This document shows, piece by piece, positions 52,397 to 62,774 of a DNA stretch of 64,000 bases; the first letter of the stretch is position 1, and each line of letters begins with the position of its first letter. Both the position numbers and the translations under genes were made by a program. The notes under the pieces are model-generated. The model was not told where the DNA came from. It worked only from the letters and a program-made list of their open reading frames with translations, and made no database searches. The stretch covers positions 1,054,001 through 1,118,000 of the forward strand of contig CDRNVI010000030.1 of assembly GCA_977017575.1 (NCBI GenBank), in the 5' to 3' direction. This DNA is from Paramoeba atlantica. Lineage: Eukaryota > Protista > Discosea.

Positions 52397-54801
52397 TTAA
52401 CCTCGGGCATCCTCTGATGCATTTCGTAGGTACACATTTCGAGCGTCGAACCCGACAACTACTTCCCGCACCTCCAGTATGCGCACCGCATTTGCAATCT
52501 CTTCCATACTAGTAGACCTCCCGCGCCCTAGCACACGGCGAAGTTCATCCATTGACACCGTACTTCTCTCGCTTACGGTGCGGAGATACTCCTCGATTCG
52601 ACGTACAAGCAAATCAGCGCCGCCCTCGGAAACGTGACCACCAAATACGCGAGCAAAGTTTACCCCGGTGTCACCGGATCCCGCAGTGAGGTCCACTCCG
52701 GCACTTCCCCAAGCGGCGTGCATTAGATCACGCGCGTCCTCAGCGTCGCGTAATGTCACCTGCACACTCCATCGCATACGTGCCCTGGCCTCCGCCAGTC
52801 GTATGAGCGACTCCAGCGTACGGAGAGTTGGGCTCATGGAACCAAACGAGCGCACTCCCCGCATGGTGCAGTAGGTATTGATAAGGGAGTTCTGAGCCTC
52901 AGCCGAGAGCACAGGATGGATCTGTGAGCGGGCGTACACAATAAATTTAGTGAGGTCTGTGGAAGACATAACTTCCTCACCCGTGTTGACGATTCCATCC
53001 GTGTCCATCGCATCCGCTGCTTTTTCGTTCTCCTCCGGACCTGTGGCTCCGAACATGCGAATGAGATGACGAGTTAAGGAGCGGTGAAACTCCTCAGGGT
53101 GGTCATCAAGCATTAGATAGATGAGATCAAATCGACTGAGTAGACCGGGGTCCAAATTTAGATTCTCAACAACGGTAAGATTTTTATCCCACTTACTCTC
53201 GCGAGGATTCGCCGCGGCCAATATTGAGGTTCGCGCATTCAACTGGCACACAATACCTGCTTTCGCAATACTTAACGTGTGCTGCTCCATGACTTCCTTT
53301 AGCACATTTCGCTGTTGCGTGTCCATCTTATCAAACTCATCAATACAGCACACCCCACCGTCGGACAAAACCAACGCACCGCTCTCCAGTACGCGATCCC
53401 CTGTGTCAGCGTCGCGCACAATGTACGCTGTGAGTCCGACACTACTGCTACTTCGACCACTCACATAAACCCCACGATGGGACACACGGTGCACATGCGC
53501 CAGGAGCTGCGATTTCGCCAGCCCGGGATCACCACAAAGCAGAATATTAATTTCCCCACGACAGGAGCTGTTGGAGAATTGTTTTGCGGTTCCACCAAAC
53601 AGAAGGGTCAGTAGCCCATCTTTCGCGCTCTCCATCCCAAACACGGAGGGGGCCAGGGACTGTCGCAGGAGGTCATAAATATCCGGCCGGTCTTCATCTC
53701 CCGCAAACGCTGCACCTCACCCAAAAAATACGCACTCTCGGTATCCTTATTCTCCAGACAGCTCAGAAACCTCTCCGTGCCCTCATTCATACGATCGTGT
53801 GCATTCCTCTTCTTCAGCCTTTTCAAGTGAATACAATCCATATGGGAGCGTACCACGGCATGGCACAAATACCGGTTCTGCTGGATCCGTGCAGGGTGCA
53901 CGCGATACACCCCGGTGGCCACCACCACATCCCCGGGCACCACACTGTCCACGAGGGCGTTGTACACCGAGAGCGCGATCGTAATCGGGGTCTCCCCGGG
54001 ACGCATATCCTCGGGGGTCTCCTGTAGCCGAATCACCTGTTTGTCCTCGTAGATACACAGGTGGTGCATGAGACGGAAGGTGCCGTGGGCGCCACACCCG
54101 GGACAGCGCGGGGGCTCGTGGATTTTACCCCGATCCACGCTGGAGTGGGTGGTGAGCGCACACTTCTCACACTGGAACTCCGCGTGGGCCATCTCGGGGA
54201 TCACCGTGGAGGTGCGCACGACAATACCCCGGACCGCGGTGAGACGCTCCACGTGGAGGTGGGAGAGCCCATTCATCGCGGTCTCGGGGACGTTGTAGGG
54301 GCAGAGGACAAGGGGGCGAACCGAGGGGGCGTGGGGGGAGGTCGCGGAGGGGAGCTCACGCACGCCGGCAGGGGGGGTTGTGTGGATTTGATACCAGTGC
54401 TCCCCGAGGGCGAGCTCGAATACCGGGATACAGGTCGTGGGGTGTTCCATCATGGATTCGTGAAGAAAGGGGTGGGTGTCCGCGAGTGTGGACATGTCCA
54501 CCTCCAGGCCGCACCCGGGTTGTGTGAGCTCTCGCAGTCGGCTGTGAAGTGCGGTCTCGGCGTACTGCCGACAGCTACGCTCGAGTTCTTGGATATCGAT
54601 GGAGGTTCCCCATATGACGGTGCGAGTCTCGGCGGCCGGTAGTCCGTGCGCCACGGTCATGTTATCGGGAAGGGCGCCCGGACTCTCGACATCGTACGAC
54701 TCTGGTTCCGGTTCTGCATGGATGGGTGGTGGTGGAACATTGTCAAAAGGGTCCACGAAGGCTCTTGAGCGAGGCATGCCGTACGTCTCGTCGGGGTCCA
54801 T
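52397..54801 (-). CDS. MCM4: DNA replication licensing factor MCM4, split by a single frameshift at ~53680-53720
   Basis: 5' ORF 53608-54801: VIWGTSI, C4 zinc finger (CEKC...CPGC), DKQVIRLQETPE. 3' ORF 52397-53644: LLCGDPGLAKSQLL, GALVLSDGGVCCIDEFDKM, LLSRFDLIYL, RTLESLIRLAEARA. The second frame reads RPDIYDLLRQSLAPSVFG upstream of its annotated ATG. Confidence 0.93.
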
Positions 54802-55049
54802 TGATCTCTAAATTATTTTCTTATCCGACAAGTTAAAGGGGAAATAACGTTGAAGAAATGCGCACGATTTATAGGATGAATGCGCTAATCTCTTCACACC
54901 AAAGAGTTTTGGGTCACCCCAAAATTAAGGTTAAATAATTTAACTTAAATTTGAAGATTGTAGGTGGAGATTGTAAGAAATTTTATATTTAGAAAATCAG
55001 ATACAGATAAGGACACAATAATATTTGTGTGTATGGCATGCACGTATTC

Positions 55050-55961
55050 TTATTGTAGACCCCATGGCATATGGCTGCGTGGACCATCTGCAGGATGTCG
55101 CTTTTGCTCAAGTTCTAAATCTGGGAGAGCGAATTCCTGCAGCTCATATTCTCTGTCAAAGGGTCCCGTTCGTGTCAGAACTTTCCTCTTCGACCAATTA
55201 TCCGTAAATATACCGGACCAGGGGTAGGGTCCTTTCCAGGGTTTTAATTTCGGTCTCGGTGGGAAGTCATAGTATTGCTCCCCGAAAAGTTCATTTGTTC
55301 CCATGCGGTAATTGTATACGTGCTCGAAGTGTGCCTTTTTGAATTCCCAACCGGCTTGCTCGGACATGAGTCCATTGTGGGAGACAAGAATGACGTCAAA
55401 TCCTCGATTGGGCTTCTCCACGGCATACATTTCGCGAAATTCCTTTTCATTTAGCTGGAGGGCGTAGTCAATCTCGTCTCGAGGAATCCAAATTGAGTGG
55501 GGAATCCAGAAATGCATTTTCTCCACCTCCATTCTACAGTCCACTATGTACGTCGTGGGCTCGGGGTATTTCGTCAGCTGGATCAGATCCGCTTTATATA
55601 CCTGTCGGCACAACATGTGACGCATGTGGGCCCAGTGACGCTGTTCAAATTCGAACTTGTGAGAATCATAATACCAAGGCTGGAATTCTCGAGGGTGCCA
55701 ATTAAACCATTCTCGCGGATTAATCTCCCCGTCTAGCATAAAGTGATGCCGTGTGCGTCGGTCGGGCCCTCCGAGCAAGAGTTGGCGCACAGGCTTTAAC
55801 ATGAAGTCAGAACAAACACCGAAAAAATAATCGAAAACTTTTGATATAAATAGAACGTGTCCAGGAGAACGTATTTCTTTGTTCACCATGAAGACCACAT
55901 TGATAGAGCGTGATAAATTTTTGTAACAAAAAAAGCGTCTAGATGTGCCTAACTCTCGCAT
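55050..55961 (-). CDS. Rhodanese-like domain protein lacking the active-site Cys; probably mitochondrial
   Basis: YIVDCR...IPHSIWIP...DVILVSHNGLMSEQA...VYNYRMG follows the rhodanese pattern, with the usual CxxGxRS loop replaced by SHNGLMS. Likely start is MLKPVRQLL at 55802. Confidence 0.7.
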   Translation of the reverse strand: MRELGTSRRFFCYKNLSRSINVVFMVNKEIRSPGHVLFISKVFDYFFGVCSDFMLKPVRQLLLGGPDRRTRHHFMLDGEINPREWFNWHPREFQPWYYDSHKFEFEQRHWAHMRHMLCRQVYKADLIQLTKYPEPTTYIVDCRMEVEKMHFWIPHSIWIPRDEIDYALQLNEKEFREMYAVEKPNRGFDVILVSHNGLMSEQAGWEFKKAHFEHVYNYRMGTNELFGEQYYDFPPRPKLKPWKGPYPWSGIFTDNWSKRKVLTRTGPFDREYELQEFALPDLELEQKRHPADGPRSHMPWGLQ

Positions 55962-56256
55962 GCGTATCTCTAAAGAAGCAAATATTATTTTTAAAGAGAG
56001 CCCAAAAACTTGAATTATAACTTTTAGGGTTTTAATTACACTAAATTAGGGTAAAAACTGCCTCAAAAAAGATAGATGAATTTAAAGATATTAATTTATT
56101 CAAAGCTGTCATAGTATTCGATTTGGCTGTCCGTAAGTCTTCTACGGGACGTCACATATTCCTTTTTTTGGATCCTTTTCAGTAGACCCCTTTCTATAGA
56201 AATTTTTTCTATGTATTATTTACCACGTACCGTAAACAATTCTACCGAAATTATAC

Positions 56257-58218
56257 TTAAATATTGCAGAGCACGAACCCTGCCGTTACTGTCAGCGCTC
56301 CTCCAAAATAAAGAGGCGTAAATGTGTGCGATTTTATAAAGAAGTCTAGCACCATAGCGAGGGGAATGGTAAGTGATAGTCCCACAGTAGCAACGAGTGG
56401 TGAAGTCAGCACCACGCCTCGGGCCCATAATACATCGGAAAGACTGGTACCGACCAGGGCGTTAACAACAAGGGGCCATATTGTGTGCTTCGGCGGGAAT
56501 AAAAAGGTTTCAGTACCGGTGTAGTGAAGAATCAGAAATCCGGGCCAGAAAATCAGAGTGTTCACTACCCCCAGTAGTCCAAACACCATCCCCATGCTGT
56601 AGTGCCGTTCATCAGGAAGCTGTCGTTTTAGCGCGACGGTATAGGCCGCATAGAAAAACGCAGAAACACTCGCGGCCGCCATGCCATATGGTGTGGAGTG
56701 CCCTTGATTCGACCCGGTGGCAAATCCCACCATAATGGAACCACCAACACAGAGAAGAACGGCACCAAAATGGTGGATGCGGGCCCGCTGACCGAGAATA
56801 AAAAAGCTCAGCACGAGCGTCCACACCGAGCTTGTGGAGCTTAGAATCGTATTTGTGGACACTGTGGTGGCCGTAAGCGAGGCATTGAACAGCGAGTTGG
56901 CGATAAACCACAGAGGACAGAAATACAAGGTGGCCCACCACAGCCGACGCATGTGGTAGGGTTCTGTGTCCGGCATCACACCCGACTCCTCCCCCTCCGC
57001 GGCGTCGTACTCCTTCGTTCCCGGACACGTGCGAGCCAGGCACACCCGACAGGAGTCCCAGCAACGAGCCCCAGACCGTGGAGTCGCCAGCTCAGCGATA
57101 GGATAACTTGATCGCCCCGTACAGGGCTCCGAGGTGGGTGGGTTGGTTCGCGTAGAGACCTCTTCCATAGGATCCGGTACCGGTTCCTCCTCCACGCAAG
57201 CCCCCACCTTTGGGGTCTTCGCCACCGTATCCCGCCGACCACACAGCACCCCACGCCAACGGCGACGAAAGATGTACCCGAAATTCCACACGGAGAACCC
57301 AAACGTGTTGAAGTAGGTCAAAAAGTACGGCTTGTTGTATTCCAAATTCCCATAGATGTACTGAATCCACAACGAGGACACAACCCAGATAATCGCCACC
57401 GTCACAATCAGAAACACCCCAAAAGCATAATTCGAGTACGGCAACCACAGACCACACCAGGAAACTGCCCGTTTCACCCCCTCCCACGACCTTTTCACCA
57501 TCCCTCCCTTTCCACCACCTTCTCCCTCCTCCCCTCCCCCACCCTTCCCCCCCTGCTCCCCCGTCCCATTTCCCTTTCCCTCCCCATACGACCCCACCGC
57601 GGGGGGGAGGTAATACGACGAAGACCCTAACGGGGATCGTCCACCACCACCCCCTCCCATCATCCCTCCCCCACCCATCATCCGTACCCCTCCCCCCCCT
57701 CCACTCCCCATCCGCGCACTCTCCAACGCGTCACACGACAGCGCGGAGCGTGCCGTGAGCAGTGGACTACGGGGCTCCGAGGGCACTCCCCCGCCTGTGA
57801 GGATATCATCAAAGGAGTGAGCCCCGGGGAGCGTGGCGGAGAGGGCGCAGGGGACTCGACGCGTGGTGGAGTGGTGGGGAGAGGAAGAGGAAGAGGAGAG
57901 GAAGGGGAGACGGGGGAGCAGACGGGACGCGGCACTGGTACTCCCCCGGGTGGTACTTGCGGTGGAGGAGCTGCGACTGGGGGCGTAGATGCGGTCCGTG
58001 GGGTCGGTGGGGGGTGGGTGACGACCGCTGAGGATGTGGTGGGGGTGGTGGGGGTGGTGGGAGAGGGTGAGACCGGAGGGGAGGTCGGAGGGGAGGGCGA
58101 GCTCATCGACGGAGAGGAAGGCGGCGGCGGAGGAGGGGGAGCCGGCGGAGAGGGTGTCGGCGAGACTGGAGGCACCGCCCCAGGGTTCGTCGGGGTCGTT
58201 GCTGGTGGTGGGTTTCAT
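56257..58218 (-). CDS. DMT-superfamily transporter, SLC35F5/Thi74-like, with a long low-complexity N-terminus
   Basis: About 10 hydrophobic segments; YNKPYFLTY, FCPLWFIAN, NTILSSTSS, SAFFYAAYTV, SDVLWARGVVLTSPLVATVGLSLTIPLA. Confidence 0.88.
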   Translation of the reverse strand: MKPTTSNDPDEPWGGASSLADTLSAGSPSSAAAFLSVDELALPSDLPSGLTLSHHPHHPHHILSGRHPPPTDPTDRIYAPSRSSSTASTTRGSTSAASRLLPRLPFLSSSSSSPHHSTTRRVPCALSATLPGAHSFDDILTGGGVPSEPRSPLLTARSALSCDALESARMGSGGGGGVRMMGGGGMMGGGGGGRSPLGSSSYYLPPAVGSYGEGKGNGTGEQGGKGGGGEEGEGGGKGGMVKRSWEGVKRAVSWCGLWLPYSNYAFGVFLIVTVAIIWVVSSLWIQYIYGNLEYNKPYFLTYFNTFGFSVWNFGYIFRRRWRGVLCGRRDTVAKTPKVGACVEEEPVPDPMEEVSTRTNPPTSEPCTGRSSYPIAELATPRSGARCWDSCRVCLARTCPGTKEYDAAEGEESGVMPDTEPYHMRRLWWATLYFCPLWFIANSLFNASLTATTVSTNTILSSTSSVWTLVLSFFILGQRARIHHFGAVLLCVGGSIMVGFATGSNQGHSTPYGMAAASVSAFFYAAYTVALKRQLPDERHYSMGMVFGLLGVVNTLIFWPGFLILHYTGTETFLFPPKHTIWPLVVNALVGTSLSDVLWARGVVLTSPLVATVGLSLTIPLAMVLDFFIKSHTFTPLYFGGALTVTAGFVLCNI

Positions 58219-58540
58219 GAGGGTGGTGGAGATGTGTGGAATGGAGTTGTGTGGGTGTGGTTCGAGGTTGAGGTGTGTGGGTGGAGGTTTTAAGCCAGGA
58301 ACATGTGTTGGGTGAAAGCGAATGCTGAATAGAGAAGAAACCTAATGAGTATTTGGGATATGTTCTTGTGGTAGGAATTGCATCTCAGTAAGAATTAAAA
58401 TAAAATGATAGGATCTGAACATACATCTCCCTTGTACGACAAGCGTGTATACAAGCGTGTATAAGCTCATGTTGAGAGAGACACATCGTTTACCAGAACT
58501 ACTATCATCTGAATTACGATCCTTACACTAGTTTAATCTT

Positions 58541-59815
58541 ATGGTGGATACTATTCCTGAGCTTGTCCCTGTGGTGAACAACGCTCCTTCCCCAAAGGCC
58601 TCTTATATGGAGCTTTGCTCCATGAAGCGACTTGGCTTGACCGTGCAATGGAACATCTTTGGGGCCCTTCCCGGAGCCATTCAGTTTGCTAAAGAACTCG
58701 TCAACATTGATCCCGTACTGGAGCGCGCATCCGCATGCGCGGACAACTCTATTCACGGTACCCAAGTGATTCGTCGTAACTTGAGTGCCTCGCAACGAGG
58801 TGATTTCTCCAGCACGGACATAACGCCCCAAGTCAAACTGCGAGATGAACTGTGCGGGGAGGAATCTGTTCTGTTTCGCCCTCCGAGCACCGTTACTGTC
58901 CCCGTCGGAGAGTTGGAAAAGAGCACCCCAAAAAGACATCTGCGAAACTTTCCCATCCTTGTTCGGAACCTAGGAACCCTCGTTGTGGCCCGGAGTTGCA
59001 CGCATGCCTAACGCGAACGGGGTTTAGCGGTGAGGCATGGCTAACACAAGAAGTAAAGCGTCGCGTCTGTAACGCAGTGGGGGGCAGACTGGATATGGTC
59101 CACTACGACAAACGTTTGGCTAGCATGCCGCCGGACACGCGATTCCCGAGCATCGAGGAGGACGGCCTCTGAACCCTCTTCTGCAAATTGGGGTCAATTC
59201 TTTTAACGCATCGCCTTCATGAGGGCGTTGGGGTTGCCGTGAAGACACTGAAAAAGCTTATGGTGAGACAAGCTGCGGACAAGAATAACCTTTTCGCGGA
59301 TCAGTTGTTGGCAGCATGCATGATGCCAAAATTTATAAGAGTACTAGTGTGCATCGTACTCCGCTGTTCACTCACCACAGGACGAAATGTTCTTGGCCGA
59401 TCTAGGGTACATAGGTTGTGTGCACTGCCTTGTATCCTATAAGAAAAGTGGCCGTGGTCTCACCGATGATGAAAAACGTGTGAATGAAAGGATTTCACTG
59501 ATTCGCTCTCGAATTGAGCGACGTTTTGCACACTTCGACAAGTTTCGTTTTCTTCATGGTACTGATCATGATATGCCATGGGTCAGAGATGCTTTTCAAA
59601 TTGTTTTTGTAGTTGCGTATGGACTGCTGGCTACTCAGCCGCAGTATGATTCCATTATAAATTTAAGTTTGAAATCTACAAGTGATGAAGGTGAGTGTTT
59701 GTGTAGTAAAGGGTGCGGTGTAGTTGAGGGTATCGAAAGCGGCAGAGAGTGGGTTAAGGAAAATATAGATGGCGTTGCCTATGAGCCCAAAAAATCAAGT
59801 AAGTGCGCTAAATAA
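58541..59815 (+). pseudogene. Decayed DDE_Tnp_4 (IS5/Harbinger/ISL2EU-like) transposase
   Basis: Motifs in order across shifted frames: IHGT (58751; IDGT-like), GGICSVS (~58858), VGSMHDAKIY (59307), LADLGY (59393), N...SLIRSRIERRF. Confidence 0.8.
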
Positions 59816-61052
59816 TATTTATGTTCAAGGCTCGTGGTGATTTTGTAGTTATAAATAAGTGTATCAGGGTTACCCATTTCTTTGGTAAAATCACTCGTAT
59901 ATTCCTTTTAGTAGATTTGTTACTAACCGTATTGATTTGCTACTAACCGCAAATTTCATTCAGATTTACTCTCCAACAATGTCCGGATTCATGAGGCCAC
60001 GCCTTCGCCTTCTACGCCCCTGCCCCCCACCCCTACCCATTCTACACTCCGCATTCCTGTTCTTGCACTGAGATAAGTAGGTACACCGCACCGAGATCGC
60101 ACCGAATCCCCACCCGCAGCCCCTCACATGTATGCACCTCCGGTAATTCTTTTTTTTATTTGGGTCATTTTTCGACTTTTATAAAAATATATGATTCATA
60201 AAAAAATGTTTCATTGAATAAATTATGAAACTTTTTTTGAAAATTGTATACCGTTTTTTATCGAATGGATCGAAAGCGTCATTCCGAAAGTATGGGGAAC
60301 ATTGATCTGCTCCCCTGGTTTATCGACCAGCACCGCGGTGGATTCCTGAGAAAAAGAGGAAGTGGTTTGCGGATCTTTTTTTGAATAACTGTGAAAATAC
60401 TTATTTTCTGAAGTGTTTTCCATTTTTGGGGAACGTCCGTATAAAAAAATATATGAGAAAATTAAGAGTTTGCCAATATCTAGGTGTTGAGAAAAAATAC
60501 AAGAGAAAAAATATAAAAACAATTCACCCCTCCCCTAACTCAGCTGCACCCAGACGCACCCACTTGTTTCAACCCTCTGACTGTAGGTATTTTTAGATAT
60601 TTTCAAAATGCCTAAAATATCGATTACCTAAAACATCAGCACGCATGGTGTGCCAAGGAAAACTATCACGAGGAGCCTGTATCCTGTGATCGTACTGAAA
60701 ATTGTTGGTTGTGCCCAATGCAAAACAACCATTCCTGTCGAGGCCACTATGGAGTTCTAGAACCCCCGCTTATCAACTGCGCTCAGCGCAACGTGAAGAG
60801 TAAGTTTAAAATGATTCACGCCCTCACAGGCATTCTAAACCGGCCCCTCGTTTAGGTTAAAAAACAGTTTTGATTTTAGAATTTGGGCAAAAAAATTAAA
60901 ATTAAATTTCCATTTTTAAAAATGATGCACAATAAAAAAGTCACAAATTTTCGTTTTCCTGTGTTTCGTTACACAAATAATTGTGTTGAGTGTATTGTCC
61001 TTTCCCAATGAAACACTAGATTCTATAATTCGGACCGACAAAAGTACAATAC

Positions 61053-62514
61053 ATGTGGCTTCCCTCTTCTTTCTTCCTTCTTGAATATTGGCTTCATATC
61101 GTGCCTTCCATAATAGCATCAACAAATATTCCGCTCTCCGTGGAAGCGTTCGTCATTGGAAAAATGGAGGAATGGCGCCACCGTCTTCCGCCGAATATTC
61201 CCATCGAAGCCATGGACAAAGGTACCCCCAGAACATCGGAGGATTTAGAGAATGACATAGGCTTACTTGCACGTGATCTGTGGGGTAAAATTAAGAACAG
61301 TATTGATGATTCCGAAATTTTCGGCATTGCTATGGACGGCGGTACTGATCAACTGCTAGGTGAACACATTATGCTAGTCGTGCTTTATGCTGGACCTGAC
61401 CACTGGGTATTACCTCCAATGTACCACAACAGGCACAGTGCATTCAATGGTCAGGAAATTGGAACGTCGATTGTACATGATCTGCGACGACACCTCGGCG
61501 TTCAACGTCTTCTGAAGTGGGCCTATATAATTGTAGACGGTGCCGCCGTTAACCACGTAGCACGGGACGAGGCTGAGAATGAGTTGCGAGAACTCTACTT
61601 ACCACTGTGCATTCTGGGGAACCAAGATTGGATCAATTTAAACAACGCCATTAACAGTGAAGTTTTGCGGATCGCGCATGATGGAATACGGTTGATACAG
61701 TACACATGTAGCTCTCATCCCATGCGTCGGTCACTTCCTAAACAACGTCTCTAAAACCGCACTCTCTCCCTGGACAAGTACTCCACTATTTAAATTAGAC
61801 AAGTCCTTTACGAACGCTTTCTGGGGTGGAGGAACAACTTCTTCAAGAGGGCAGTACAAAGGGGTCGTTTTCGAAGTCCGACTTTTGGAATACGATAAAG
61901 CTGGAGTTAGATTGGTACAGAGGTCTTCTTGATGATCAAAGTATGAGCACAACAGAGAAAGCAAAAGTTGTCAACACCTTGATAAGTTGCTTACAAACGT
62001 TACGTCAATTCAACAGGAACATGGTGAGTCTCTAATTGCACATCTTATGTCGGATGAAAGCTTTCAGGAAAAAGAAAACGCGCTAAATGTTCCTGCCGTG
62101 CTAGACGAATTTGAAAGGGCCAAGCAAGCCAAGGTGAGGGCTACCCCTGTACTGGGAGGAGTTGCACGATGGATTTCCGATAAATTCACTTCCGTTGAGT
62201 ATATCGCGCAAAAAGCACCGACAATTGCAAAATTTGTGGTGGAAATTTGCGCCAAGAACAGGGCTCCACCGTCTTCGATCGAACAGTACTGGGTAATTCT
62301 AAAAGAAGAGGGGGCCATTGACGCGATCGCGGTGGAAGGGCATCGATTCCTTAAGCAATGCGGACCTATTCGTGACGTTCTGAAGCATTTTTCGGATGTA
62401 CCAGCGTTTCCAACAGTAGCTCGCGTTTCGAGCGCGTTGAATGAACTCGAGGCATACCTACAAACGGAACCCATCATATTAGAAGCCTTTCAGCGTCATC
62501 GATCCCGATCGTAA
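61053..62514 (+). pseudogene. Decayed hAT-like transposase
   Basis: KIKNSIDDSEIFGIAMDGGTD, IIVDGAAVN, then IPCVGHFLNNV (CxxH at 61723-61734) in the +1 frame. Further frameshifts split it into the ORFs at 61826 and 61987. Confidence 0.72.
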
Positions 62515-62645
62515 AGGAAATTTTGAAACCAGAGAGTAAAAACAGCTCCGGAAGGCAATAAGGAAAGCCTTTGCGATACTTAGCGTCATCCTTATCGACG
62601 CCGAGTCTTAAATTGTATAATTCAGTTCCTTTTAATCTTCCATCG

Positions 62646-62715
62646 CCCCCCCCCCCCCCTTTATAGGTTCATTTGGGCAAAATCGAGGCTATTATAAACG
62701 GGGGGGGGTACAGTA
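62646..62715. mobile_element. Solo right end of the CTGT-C(n) TIR family
   Basis: ...TATAAACGGGGGGGGGTACAG|TA (reverse complement TA|CTGTA-C9-GTTTATA), preceded by an inverted C(n)TTTATA copy at 62646-62664. Same layout as the right end of the 44939 element. Confidence 0.6.
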
Positions 62716-62774
62716 AAACGAAGTGAAGCAAACATGTTAATGTCACTGCACTCCTAAATGACTGCCTCGTGCCA

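Noticed and set aside
52370-52400. GGTTCGAATC T-loop-like motif on the minus strand
   Set aside because: No pairing T-stem or acceptor stem, and it abuts the MCM4 stop codon; not a tRNA.
53711-53721. 11-nt GT...AG micro-intron (GTGAGGTGCAG) that would restore the MCM4 frame
   Set aside because: Shorter than any spliceosomal intron I know of. It would also delete the plausible helix EVQRLRE, and no other intron is evident.
53722-53730. T TTT TTG as a -1 ribosomal slippery site in MCM4
   Set aside because: Slipping there leads immediately to TTT GGG TGA, a stop.
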